Assembly (NCBI GenBank): GCA_963667035.1
Contig: OY762964.1
Location: 1,888,001-1,952,000, forward strand
DNA length: 64,000 nucleotides
Reading direction: 5' to 3'
Source of the DNA: Candidatus Cloacimonadales bacterium
Lineage (GTDB): Bacteria; Cloacimonadota; Cloacimonadia; Cloacimonadales; JAFGVF01
A model generated the notes under the pieces. The model was given only the letters and a program-made list of their open reading frames with translations. It was not told the DNA's origin and ran no database searches. Below, one piece after another: positions 1 through 9,491 of this stretch (positions are counted from its first letter, which is position 1; each line of letters starts with the position of its first letter). The translations under genes were made by a program, and so were the position numbers.

Positions 1-1
1 T

Positions 2-1069
2 AATTTTTGTGCCTGCCACTATTCTTATAACATCGCTTTCTAAAAGTAGATTAGCCATTTCATAGGCCGAGTTCTTTCCAAAATGCTCATTGTTATCATG
101 CTCTTTTAGAATAGAATATACTTGTGAGAGCGTTATTGTTCCTTCCGTAATTAAGTCAAATCCCTCCATAGAAGCTTTAGGAGGTACTTTTGAGCCGGAC
201 CAGAACTTGTTTAAATCCATTTCCACAGGTCGGTTTAGCTCTCTGGAAATGATGTTAGCACTAGTACCACCTGCAATAATCTTTCTTCCGATAAAAGTAT
301 CGGCAATTTCTGCGTACCTACTGTCGCTTTCCTGATTAAATGGAGGTCCCGTAATCAAAAGTGTCTTTCTCGGTTCTCTATAATAAAATACAGAGCAGGT
401 AATATCATCTTTGGCTTGATTGTTATCTCTTCGATGAGAGGCTTTCACTATCTCTCTTGCCAATCCTGCAGCAGAAATAAGTGGATTTTCAATACACAGA
501 CTGGAGACAAACTGATGCAAATCAGCATTTTCCCATCCGAGTGGAGACACAGTCCTTCCAAGTCCACTTTGAGTTACTCCATCAGAGAAAAAGACAATTC
601 GATCTAAATATTGAAGCTTAAATGAGGAGTAGTAAACCTTGTTTCTACGATTGTTCTTTAGACTGATTTCAATTGTCTCCTTCTCGGGAGTAATTATGCG
701 ATTATTTCTAATTAGGAGATATGAGGGGTTATCATATTCAATAATTCTAACAAACCCGTCCGGCTCAAGATCAAAGATAGAAAAAGTAGAGTACCCTATT
801 TTTCTTACAGAGCATACGGGAAGAGTAGACAGTATAACTTCAGCAGCTTTATGAATATCCATTCTATTCTCAATGAACTTTAAAGCCATAGAGGTAGTCA
901 ATGTTGCCAATACATTTGCTTTAATACCACTACCTAAGCCATCAGCCAATACTGCCACAAGCCTGTTATCTATTGTTGATTTAGCAGAGACAAACTTATC
1001 ACCGGGAACCTTCTGACCTTCTTTGCTAATCTGAAAGAAACCGGTCTCAACAAAGTATTCTTTAATCAT
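2..1069 (-). CDS. SpoIIE/PP2C-like Ser/Thr phosphatase (HfsC-like), 3' end runs off the window
   Basis: Not in ORF track. Read manually from ATG at 1069 (overlapping upstream stop): MIKEYFVETGFFQISKEGQKVPGDKF...VAVLADGLGSGIKANVLATLT...LPVCSVRKIGYSTF...IIEYDNP. This matches the phosphatase type found next to PAS sensory hydrogenases. Confidence 0.85.
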   Translation of the reverse strand, partial: MIKEYFVETGFFQISKEGQKVPGDKFVSAKSTIDNRLVAVLADGLGSGIKANVLATLTTSMALKFIENRMDIHKAAEVILSTLPVCSVRKIGYSTFSIFDLEPDGFVRIIEYDNPSYLLIRNNRIITPEKETIEISLKNNRRNKVYYSSFKLQYLDRIVFFSDGVTQSGLGRTVSPLGWENADLHQFVSSLCIENPLISAAGLAREIVKASHRRDNNQAKDDITCSVFYYREPRKTLLITGPPFNQESDSRYAEIADTFIGRKIIAGGTSANIISRELNRPVEMDLNKFWSGSKVPPKASMEGFDLITEGTITLSQVYSILKEHDNNEHFGKNSAYEMANLLLESDVIRIVAGTKI

Positions 1070-2765
1070 TTTTATCGTGCTCAAATGAATCAATTACAGA
1101 GTTTAGCAGAATCTCGGTCTCGGAAGCACTCTCTCCCAAAAGGAAAGCAATCTGTTGAACAGTTGTAAGATTAGTCATGATAACCTTCTTAGCTTTCTCG
1201 ATAATCTGTTCTCTATGCATGGAAGGATGAGTAATATCCTGGACTATACCACCAATAATCCTGTGCCCCTCTATCGGGAAGAGGATTAACTTAAGTATCT
1301 TCTTGTTGAAACTAAACTCGGTCTCCAGAAGTTCATTGGGGGAATTAAGAAATGCTTCAAAATAGGAGGAAAAGCTAATAATCCGCTTGAGGTAAGAATC
1401 CGAGAGACCGGGTTTAGCATCATATACGTAAGTTAAATCACCACCTATGATTTCGGCAAAGCGACGATTACATTCAATAACTTTAAGCTTATCATCGACA
1501 ATAATAACTCCTGAAGGCATAGCCTTCAACAGAGCATTTGCCTTATTCATAGCTACAGAACGCATATATGTAACACACATATAAGTCTGAGCATAGCCAT
1601 TCAAAACAGCTGCTGCAAATTCACGACATGTAGAATACCCACATCCTCCACAGTTAAGTTCATCTTTATGTGAACACTTACCTACCTGCCTAAGAACATT
1701 GTTCAACTCAGTTACACTATAATTATTCTCGACAACATCGTTAGTTCTATAATTGTTCCTGATAATCACTTCTCCAATGCTGTCTATCTCACTCACCGAA
1801 TCAATCACATTCTTTTGAACAGCGAGCTTTCTAAGTGAAACTGGAAGCTCTGATGGCATTGAAGGTCCATTAATACAACCACCGGGACAGGCCATAAGTT
1901 CTAGGAAAATCTTTGAGTTTGCATAATCATTTACCGAGTTAAGGATTCCATCTAGCTCCTTGATGTCGGTGAAACTTACAAAATCCGTATCATCATTAGT
2001 ATAAAACTCTCTAACAGTACTAATCATTCCTCCATCTAGAGGATATGCACCGGATTTTCCTGCCTTGAAAGGCTCAAATGAGAGTTCCTCCATTGTATCT
2101 ACAAGTTTAATACCTTTCTTAACAAACATTTCATTTAGTTCTTTAAAAGTAATTGAGATGTCTACATATTCCGGCATAACATCAGATTCATTCTTCTTTG
2201 CTACACAAGGATTAATGAATATTACTGCAGTATCTGCACCATAATGTTCTTTTAGGAATTTTGCATGTGATTGAGCAGGAGATAGCAGTTTGGACAGATA
2301 TTGCGAGAACTCCGGTTTATACTTTGAAATAAACTCATTTACAACAGGACATGCAGATGATATAAGAAGCTTACTATCATTGTTACTAAGTTCCATTGCA
2401 ACTTGTTTTGATACAATTGTAGCTCCTAAAGCTGTCTCGGATACCATACTGAAACCTAACTTCTTTAAAGCGAAAATGATAGTTGAATCGGAACAATCAT
2501 ATACACTTTTATAAGAAGGAGCAAGAGATGCTATTACTCTCTTCCCTGAGTTTAACAACAGTTCGGCTCCTGTAATATCATTTCTCACTCTCTTGGCTTC
2601 AACAGGACATATCTGGGTACATTTACCGCATAATATACACCTTTCAGAATCTACAACTGCACTTCCGTTTTCAACCTTTATAGCTTTAACAGGACAGTGT
2701 CTGATACATTTAAAGCAATCCCTACAACTTGTCTTGTGGGTATAGATAGGAGAAATTCTATTCAT
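1062..2765 (-). CDS. PAS-domain sensory (group C) [FeFe]-hydrogenase, HydS/HfsB-like
   Basis: N-terminal 2x[4Fe-4S] motifs (CRDCFKCIRHCP, CILCGKCTQICP); divergent H-cluster motifs SSACPVV / NPCVAKKNE / ELMACPGGCINGP; CGGCGYSTC FeS motif; C-terminal PAS-like region (MPSGVIIVD...NRRF). Confidence 0.85.
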   Translation of the reverse strand: MNRISPIYTHKTSCRDCFKCIRHCPVKAIKVENGSAVVDSERCILCGKCTQICPVEAKRVRNDITGAELLLNSGKRVIASLAPSYKSVYDCSDSTIIFALKKLGFSMVSETALGATIVSKQVAMELSNNDSKLLISSACPVVNEFISKYKPEFSQYLSKLLSPAQSHAKFLKEHYGADTAVIFINPCVAKKNESDVMPEYVDISITFKELNEMFVKKGIKLVDTMEELSFEPFKAGKSGAYPLDGGMISTVREFYTNDDTDFVSFTDIKELDGILNSVNDYANSKIFLELMACPGGCINGPSMPSELPVSLRKLAVQKNVIDSVSEIDSIGEVIIRNNYRTNDVVENNYSVTELNNVLRQVGKCSHKDELNCGGCGYSTCREFAAAVLNGYAQTYMCVTYMRSVAMNKANALLKAMPSGVIIVDDKLKVIECNRRFAEIIGGDLTYVYDAKPGLSDSYLKRIISFSSYFEAFLNSPNELLETEFSFNKKILKLILFPIEGHRIIGGIVQDITHPSMHREQIIEKAKKVIMTNLTTVQQIAFLLGESASETEILLNSVIDSFEHDKND

Positions 2766-2784
2766 TGTATTGTCCTTTTCAGAG

Positions 2785-2818
2785 GATAGCAGGGAGAGAT
2801 ATACTCTCCCTTACTATC
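2785..2818 (-). other. Intergenic stem-loop between adh and the sensory hydrogenase (no U-tail)
   Basis: gatagcagggagag-atata-ctctcccttactatc imperfect inverted repeat. Confidence 0.5.
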
Positions 2819-2830
2819 TATGTGTATGTA

Positions 2831-3982
2831 CTAAAACGAGTTTTGATATATCTCAATAACTTCTTCAAGAGAAGCAGTTCTGGGATTTGTTAAGCAGCAA
2901 ACATCTGCCTGAGCATTCTTTGCCAGTTCTGGAAAATCAGACTCTTTAACTACTTCGAGTTCTGAGAGTCCTACCGGAATTCCGACAGCTTCGCTTAAAT
3001 TGCTAATTGCAATAACAGCTTCTTCTGCAGCTTCCATCGGAGCAAGTCCTTCAATATCTACACCAAGAGCAACTGCGATATCAGCAAACTTCTCAGCTTT
3101 AGCTAGAATATTGAATCTACTTACATGAGGAAGCAGAATAGCATTGCATACTCCATGAGGAAGATCATATAATCCACCAAGTTGATGTGCCATAGCATGA
3201 ACATAACCGAGTGAAGCATTATTGAAGGCCATACCGGCTAAAAATTCTGCATTAGCCATCATGTCTCTGGCTTCCATATCATTTCCATTAGCAACTGCTT
3301 TGGGTAAGTACTTTCCAATTAATTCTATAGCTTTGATAGCTGTAGAATCAGTTACAGGAGTTGCAATCGTTGAGACATAAGCTTCAACAGCGTGAGTAAG
3401 TGCATCCATTCCGGTTGCAGCTGTAAGATATTTTGGCATTGATACCATCATTTCAGGATCATTAATAGCTACATCAGGAATGATTCTCCAATCAACAATA
3501 GCCATTTTGATATGTCTGTCAGTGTCTGTAATGATTGTGAAGCGAGTCATTTCACTTGCTGTTCCGGCAGTTGTGTTAACTGCTATGAACGGAGGCATAT
3601 CATTTTCAGATTTATCAACTCCTTCATAATCTCTTATGTTTCCGCCATTACTAACAATAATACCGACGCCTTTAGCCGCATCCATAGGAGAACCGCCACC
3701 AACAGGTATAATTGAATCACATCCGTTAGCTTTGTATACCTCCACGGCATTGTGAACGTTGATATCAGTTGGATTTGGTTGAATATCATCAACAACAGCA
3801 TATTCAATACCTGATTTATCTAAGACATCTAAAACCAACTGAACAATTCCTGTTTGAACAAGAGGTTTATCAGTAACAATTAAAGGTTTCTTTGCTTTCA
3901 GTGTTTTAAGTTCATTGGGAATCTCTTTTACAGAACCGCTTCCCATCAGATTTCGCTTTGGCATAAAGAAATAACTAGTCAT
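2831..3982 (-). CDS. Iron-containing (group III) alcohol dehydrogenase, YiaY/AdhB-like
   Basis: GGGSPMDAAK, NTTAGTASE, GMDALTHAVE, GYVHAMAHQLGG and PHGVCNA motifs. Confidence 0.92.
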   Translation of the reverse strand: MTSYFFMPKRNLMGSGSVKEIPNELKTLKAKKPLIVTDKPLVQTGIVQLVLDVLDKSGIEYAVVDDIQPNPTDINVHNAVEVYKANGCDSIIPVGGGSPMDAAKGVGIIVSNGGNIRDYEGVDKSENDMPPFIAVNTTAGTASEMTRFTIITDTDRHIKMAIVDWRIIPDVAINDPEMMVSMPKYLTAATGMDALTHAVEAYVSTIATPVTDSTAIKAIELIGKYLPKAVANGNDMEARDMMANAEFLAGMAFNNASLGYVHAMAHQLGGLYDLPHGVCNAILLPHVSRFNILAKAEKFADIAVALGVDIEGLAPMEAAEEAVIAISNLSEAVGIPVGLSELEVVKESDFPELAKNAQADVCCLTNPRTASLEEVIEIYQNSF

Positions 3983-4235
3983 TTTTAACTCCTTGATTCT
4001 TTAATGTTGTGCTCAAAATATACTCAATTGATTCAGGCTGAACAACTTTAAATCTTTCATCATCAATAAAAATATTAGGTCCTTCGGAACAATTACCAGT
4101 GCAAAGAGTACCTGTTATTCTTACTTTGTGAGTTAAATTATTTTCGCTAATCCACTTTCTAATAATCTCTAAGTTCTCTTTGTTTTCTCTTGCATAGCAA
4201 GAAGAGCCCATACAGATTTTTATAGTGTGTTCCAT
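3975..4235 (-). CDS. Thioredoxin-like [2Fe-2S] ferredoxin (HfsA-like)
   Basis: ICMGSSC...LCTGNCSEGP motif; 86 aa; abuts the hydA stop. Confidence 0.85.
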   Translation of the reverse strand: MEHTIKICMGSSCYARENKENLEIIRKWISENNLTHKVRITGTLCTGNCSEGPNIFIDDERFKVVQPESIEYILSTTLKNQGVKND

Positions 4236-6251
4236 TTAGACCTCGGCTTTAATGATGTTTATCTCATCATTAAGTCTCGTTAACACCTGTTCTAATGTCG
4301 CATGAGTAATAATTTCTTCACCTACTCTAACTGTAGGTCCCCTATCACATTTCTCTTTGCAGAAAGTTGCCTTAACATCAACAAATCCTGCATTGTTCAT
4401 ATGCTCTACAGACTTGATAATGCCGGAGAGAATCTCTTGTGAGCCTTTAAGGAAACAACTGGTCCCTACGCATACTTTAACTTGAACTTTCTTCTTTTCA
4501 GAACCTTCAATCAGTGCTACGGGTTCTTCATTAATTCTACGCTTCGCATTGTAGTGAGTATGTAAAAGATGATGAGCTTCTTTACTTCCCGGTTCTCCAC
4601 CGAGATAGTTTCTGTAGCATTCCATAATAAACGGATTCTGTTGGGATTTATGCAATTGCATTCTTCTATCAACATTGTAAAGTGCATTTGTTCTATAACT
4701 TCTGGTTTCACGCTCGTGAGTAACAGGTTGACCCGCTCCTGCAATACATCCACCAGGACATGCCATTACTTCAATAATATGGTAGTCACATTCACCTTTC
4801 AGAACAGAATCACATACTCGAGAAGCATTCTTAATACCGTGTACAACTGCTATTTTAAGTGTAGTATCGTTAAGCTGTATTGAAGCCTCTTTTAATCCTT
4901 CACTTCTTCTTACTTCTTTGAATTCTACATCGGATAAGACATTGCCTGTAACTTTCTCATAAGCATATCTAAGTACAGCTTCCGAGACCCCACCAGAGTT
5001 TCCGAAGATTACTCCGGCTCCTGTTGAGAATCCGAAAGGTAAATCAACACTATCAGGGATAAGGTTTTCGAAAACAATACCTGCTTCCTTAATCATCTTA
5101 GCCAACTCTTGAGTAGTGAGAACATAATCAACTATTCTAACACCATTGCGAGTATGTTCAGGTCTTTTATTCTCATATTTCTTAGCTGTACAAGGCATTA
5201 TTGAGACCATAACGATTTCACTTTCGTTTCTGTTTTCTTCAATTGAGAGAGCATGCTTCACAATACTTCCTTGCATCTGTTGAGGAGACATACAGGTTGA
5301 AAGGTTACCTAATAAATCAGGATAAGACTGTTCCGCATATTTAACCCAACCCGGGCAGCAGGAAGTAAACAGAGGCATCTTTTCGTTGCGTTCCAGTCTA
5401 CCGATAAATTCATTAGCTTCTTCTATAACAGTTAAATCAGCACCGAAGGAAGTATCGTATACACGATCAAAACCAAGCAATCTCAAAGCTCTAAAGATTT
5501 TACCGGTAACATCTGTTGCATCCTTCACTCCAAATAGTTCTCCAAGCGCCACTCGAACCGCCGGAGCAATCTGTGCAACAACAAGTTTATCCTTGTTATC
5601 AAGTGCCTTCCATACCTGATGTATCTCACTCTTAGGAACAATTGCACCTGTTGGGCATACAGCTGCACATTGTCCGCAATTTATACACCCGACATCTGCC
5701 AGTGATTTATTAAATGCCGGAGCAACTATTACTTCATCTCCTCTTCCAACAAAATCAATTGCACCAATTCCTTGGATTTCCGTGCAATATCTCACACAAT
5801 CTCCGCAAAGAATACATTTGTTGGGATCGCGTACAAGAGAACATGATTTATCATCTATCGGCTGAGGGTTTTTGGTCGGAGCAAACTTTACATCGTCTAC
5901 TCCCATTCTATCCGCAAGTTCTCTTAACCTACAATCTTCTGATTTATAACAGGTCGTGCATTTGTTATCGTGGTTAGCAAGAAGCAACTTCACAATAGTC
6001 TTACGTGTTTCTCTAATCTCTTGTGTATTAGTACGAATAACCATACCGGCTTTAGGAACGGTTGAACAGCTGGTAACAAGTCCCATTCCTTCAATATCAA
6101 CCAAGCATAGTCTACATGCTCCGTAAACACTCAATTCTGAATGATAACAGAATGTCGGGATATCTATATTTGCTTTACGGCATAGATCTAATAAATTTCT
6201 CTCTCCCTCTATCGGGATGTTTATTCCATTAACTTTTACTGTATCTTTCAT
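4236..6251 (-). CDS. hydA: Bifurcating [FeFe]-hydrogenase catalytic subunit with C-terminal [2Fe-2S] domain
   Basis: H-cluster motifs TSCCPGW, MPCTAKKYE, EVMACPGGC; N-terminal NuoG-like FeS motifs; C-terminal CVGTSC...FCKEKCDRGP. Start moved to ATG 6251 behind GGAGG. Confidence 0.93.
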   Translation of the reverse strand: MKDTVKVNGINIPIEGERNLLDLCRKANIDIPTFCYHSELSVYGACRLCLVDIEGMGLVTSCSTVPKAGMVIRTNTQEIRETRKTIVKLLLANHDNKCTTCYKSEDCRLRELADRMGVDDVKFAPTKNPQPIDDKSCSLVRDPNKCILCGDCVRYCTEIQGIGAIDFVGRGDEVIVAPAFNKSLADVGCINCGQCAAVCPTGAIVPKSEIHQVWKALDNKDKLVVAQIAPAVRVALGELFGVKDATDVTGKIFRALRLLGFDRVYDTSFGADLTVIEEANEFIGRLERNEKMPLFTSCCPGWVKYAEQSYPDLLGNLSTCMSPQQMQGSIVKHALSIEENRNESEIVMVSIMPCTAKKYENKRPEHTRNGVRIVDYVLTTQELAKMIKEAGIVFENLIPDSVDLPFGFSTGAGVIFGNSGGVSEAVLRYAYEKVTGNVLSDVEFKEVRRSEGLKEASIQLNDTTLKIAVVHGIKNASRVCDSVLKGECDYHIIEVMACPGGCIAGAGQPVTHERETRSYRTNALYNVDRRMQLHKSQQNPFIMECYRNYLGGEPGSKEAHHLLHTHYNAKRRINEEPVALIEGSEKKKVQVKVCVGTSCFLKGSQEILSGIIKSVEHMNNAGFVDVKATFCKEKCDRGPTVRVGEEIITHATLEQVLTRLNDEINIIKAEV

Positions 6252-6259
6252 GATTCCTC

Positions 6260-8146
6260 CTAGCTGATTGCTCCAAACTTGCACTTTTCAATACATGCAC
6301 CGCATTTGATACATACGTCAGGATCAATAACATGTGCTTCTCTAACGACTCCGCTGATTGCTCCTACGGGACATATCTTTGCACAGAGTGTACATCCCTT
6401 GCATTTCTCAGCATCTATCTCAATAGGACTAAGAGCTTTACATTGTCTTGTAGGGCATTTCTTATCTACAACATGTGCTAAATATTCATCTTTGAAGTAC
6501 TTCATAGTAGAGAGTACCGGTGATGGAGCTGATTTACCCAATCCGCAAAGAGAAGACTTTTGAATTGATTTACCTAAGCTCTCTAGTAACTCCAATGTTT
6601 CTAGTGTACCTTTCCCCTCAATTATATCATCTAGGAGATTAAGCATCTGGCGTGTTCCTTCGCGACAAGGAATGCATTTTCCACAGGATTCGTGAGTCGT
6701 AAATTTCATGAAGAACTTAGCAATTTGAACTATACATGTAGACTTGTTCATTACTACCAGTCCACCTGATCCGACCATTGCATCTATGGATTTTAAAGAA
6801 TCGAAATCCAATGGAATATCTAAGTGATCCGGTGTTAAGCAACCACCTGAAGGTCCACCAATTTGAACAGCTTTGAAATCATCATTATCTATTTCACCTT
6901 CGGAATTAATGACTCCTCCACCGATATCAAATATAATTTCTCTAACGGTTGTTCCGAATGGAACTTCAATAAGACCTGTATTAGCAACATGTCCGGTTAG
7001 AGCAAAAGTCTTTGTTCCGGGAGAATTCTCGGTTCCAACTTTTCTATAAGATTCGGCACCTTGCTCAATAATTCCTGCTATACCTGCTAATGTCTCAACA
7101 TTGTTAATTACGGTTGGTTTACCAAACAATCCTTTCTGGGCAGGATATGGCGGTTTTGGTCTAGGCATGCCGCGTTGACCCTCTATTGAAGCTATAAGAG
7201 CAGTCTCTTCTCCACAAACAAATGCTCCGGCTCCTTCCATTATGTTAAGTTTAAAAGAGAAACCACTTTCGAATACATTATCACCAAGAATTCCCAATTC
7301 TTCCGCCTCTTCGATTGCTCTCTCCATTCTATGAATTGCCAACGGATACTCGGCTCTCACATATATGTATCCTTCATCTGCACCAATTGCTTTTCCTGCA
7401 ATCATCATTCCTTCGATTACAGCATGTGGATTACCTTCAAGAATACTTCTATCCATGAATGCTCCGGGATCACCTTCGTCACCGTTACAAATCACATATT
7501 TCTTTTCTGAGTTTTCAGCAAGGGTATAACGCCATTTAGTACCGGTTGGGAAACCACCGCCACCTCTTCCGCGTAATCCTGAAGTCTCAATAATTCTACA
7601 GATATCAATAGCATCTAAATTGTGATAAACATCATGTGCAATGAAGTAACCCTTGTTTGCAATATATTCTCTAATATCTTCAGGGTCCATATTACCACAT
7701 GCAGCCAATACTGTTCTTTTTTGTTTTGCATAAAATGGTATCTCATTGTAACCTTTACAATGATCTTTGGTTGCAGGATTTACATAAAGAAGTCTATCGA
7801 TTATCTCACCATTCTTCAATGTTGTTTCAATAATCTCATCAACATCATCTACTTTTACGTGAGTATAAAGGAGTCCATCAGGTTGTATAGATAGTAGTGG
7901 TCCTACCTGACAGAAACCCTGACATCCACTCATGGATACGACTGCATGATCTTTGCAATCGTGGTAATCCATTTTAACTTCAGCTTTCATACCTTCTTCA
8001 TTCAATCTTTGAACAAGTCGATCAGCTACTTTTTGAGAGCCGTTAGCAATACATCCGGTTCCACCGCATATTATAATTCTACGTTCCAATTCGTTACGTC
8101 CATCACGATATTGCTTAAAAATTTTATTCAGAGTCTCTTTATTCAC
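6260..8146 (-). CDS. hydB: Bifurcating hydrogenase flavin/NADH subunit (NuoF-like)
   Basis: GLRGRGGGGFPTG, CNGDEGDPGAFMDR, GAFVCGEETAL, ESCGKCIPCREG and C-terminal 2x[4Fe-4S]; GTG start. Confidence 0.93.
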   Translation of the reverse strand: MNKETLNKIFKQYRDGRNELERRIIICGGTGCIANGSQKVADRLVQRLNEEGMKAEVKMDYHDCKDHAVVSMSGCQGFCQVGPLLSIQPDGLLYTHVKVDDVDEIIETTLKNGEIIDRLLYVNPATKDHCKGYNEIPFYAKQKRTVLAACGNMDPEDIREYIANKGYFIAHDVYHNLDAIDICRIIETSGLRGRGGGGFPTGTKWRYTLAENSEKKYVICNGDEGDPGAFMDRSILEGNPHAVIEGMMIAGKAIGADEGYIYVRAEYPLAIHRMERAIEEAEELGILGDNVFESGFSFKLNIMEGAGAFVCGEETALIASIEGQRGMPRPKPPYPAQKGLFGKPTVINNVETLAGIAGIIEQGAESYRKVGTENSPGTKTFALTGHVANTGLIEVPFGTTVREIIFDIGGGVINSEGEIDNDDFKAVQIGGPSGGCLTPDHLDIPLDFDSLKSIDAMVGSGGLVVMNKSTCIVQIAKFFMKFTTHESCGKCIPCREGTRQMLNLLDDIIEGKGTLETLELLESLGKSIQKSSLCGLGKSAPSPVLSTMKYFKDEYLAHVVDKKCPTRQCKALSPIEIDAEKCKGCTLCAKICPVGAISGVVREAHVIDPDVCIKCGACIEKCKFGAIS

Positions 8147-8642
8147 CTTGTACCTCCTGTTTTCTGATATCAGAGATTAACTGTAAGGCTTTTTCTTCTG
8201 ATACCAATCCATGCACATCTTCATTAATAAGAACAACAGGAGCTAAACCGCATGCTCCAAGACATGAAACAGTTTCCAAAGTAAACAACATATCATTCGT
8301 TGTTTTATTCTTCTCGGATAAGTTCAGTGTTTCTCTGATAGCTTTTATCAGTTTTCCCGAACCCTTCACATGGCAGGCTGTTCCGTCACAGATCTTTATC
8401 ACATATTTACCCTTAGGTTCTAGTGAGAAATGTGAATAGAAAGTCGCAACTCCATAAACTCTTGCCGGTGGTACACCGAGACATGTTGCAACATAGGTAA
8501 TAACTTCTTGTGGAAGGTAGCGATACTCATCCTGTACTTTTTGCAGGATTGTAATCATTCTGCTAGAATCAAAGTTATAAGCTTCAAGTATGGCATTAAC
8601 TTTTTCAAATTTAGCAGCATTAAGCATTACTCCATTTTCCAT
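8139..8642 (-). CDS. hydC: Bifurcating hydrogenase [2Fe-2S] subunit (NuoE-like)
   Basis: VATFYSHF, ICDGTACHVKG and VSCLGACGLAP motifs. Confidence 0.92.
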   Translation of the reverse strand: MENGVMLNAAKFEKVNAILEAYNFDSSRMITILQKVQDEYRYLPQEVITYVATCLGVPPARVYGVATFYSHFSLEPKGKYVIKICDGTACHVKGSGKLIKAIRETLNLSEKNKTTNDMLFTLETVSCLGACGLAPVVLINEDVHGLVSEEKALQLISDIRKQEVQGE

Positions 8643-8664
8643 TTAGGACTCCTCATTTATTTTA

Positions 8665-8682
8665 TCGTTATTAATATCACGA
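8665..8682. promoter_or_regulatory. Putative Rex operator upstream of hydC
   Basis: tcgttat-taat-atcacga: 18-bp imperfect palindrome with Rex-box spacing (TTGTGAA-N4-TTCACAA). Confidence 0.6.
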
Positions 8683-8699
8683 TTAGATACAAAAAAAAG

Positions 8700-9317
8700 C
8701 TAGCTAAGCCGATATTTTAGAACAACTAAGCCTGAGTACAGGTCTGCATTCTCTACTGCCACATCATCAGGTACATTTAGGACTCTTGGTGAAAAGTTCC
8801 AGATACCCTTAAATCCACACTCGACCATCATATCCGCAACTCTCTGAGCAGCATGCGGAGGAGTTGTAATGATTCCTATCTGTACCTGTAATCGACTAGC
8901 TAAATTCACGAATTTCTCCATTGGAAAGATCTGAACATTGTTAACTAATTTGCCTACTTTATCCTTATCCGTATCAAAAGCGGCAATTATCTGCATTCCT
9001 GTTTCGGGGTAACCTTCGTAGCCTAGTAAAGCCGAACCAAGGTTCCCTGCTCCAACCAAGAAAGCCACACTTAAATCTCTCCAATTCAACACTTCAATTA
9101 AACGATCAAGAACAGTCTGAACATGGTAACCGACTTTAGGTATACCTTTCAAACCGACCGATGCAAAGTCTTTTCTCACTTGAGTATCATGTATTAAACT
9201 CATCTCAGAAATAACTCTGGTTGAGATATACTCATTTCCACCCTTTATCAGTCGCCTTAAACAGTCGACATAAACGGGCAATCTTCTTATCAGCGAAATC
9301 TGTAATCCTTTAATCAT
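8700..9317 (-). CDS. rex: Redox-sensing transcriptional repressor Rex
   Basis: IRRLPVY, QVRKDF...G.PKVGY wHTH region; Rossmann GAGNLG; GIWNFSP. Confidence 0.93.
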   Translation of the reverse strand: MIKGLQISLIRRLPVYVDCLRRLIKGGNEYISTRVISEMSLIHDTQVRKDFASVGLKGIPKVGYHVQTVLDRLIEVLNWRDLSVAFLVGAGNLGSALLGYEGYPETGMQIIAAFDTDKDKVGKLVNNVQIFPMEKFVNLASRLQVQIGIITTPPHAAQRVADMMVECGFKGIWNFSPRVLNVPDDVAVENADLYSGLVVLKYRLS

Positions 9318-9330
9318 ATTAATTCCTTTT

Positions 9331-9348
9331 TCGTGAACAACATCACGA
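9331..9348. promoter_or_regulatory. Putative Rex operator upstream of rex (autoregulation)
   Basis: tcgtgaa-caac-atcacga, 18-bp palindrome 13 bp upstream of the rex start. Confidence 0.7.
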
Positions 9349-9467
9349 TATGTTTAACCTTATTTTCATGTCAAGATAATTCGTACTTTTTTATGCTTAT
9401 CTTTTCCATCTTTTTCTAATTCACCCCTCTTCACCCCCTTTTTGATCATTGCTTAACCAACAAAAAA

Positions 9468-9491
9468 AAGAGCATGCTTTGGCATGCTCTT
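9468..9491. repeat. Target-site duplication (terminator hairpin), left copy
   Basis: aagagcatgctttggcatgctctt, identical at 11154-11177. The adjacent A-run gives a U-tail on the minus strand. Confidence 0.9.
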
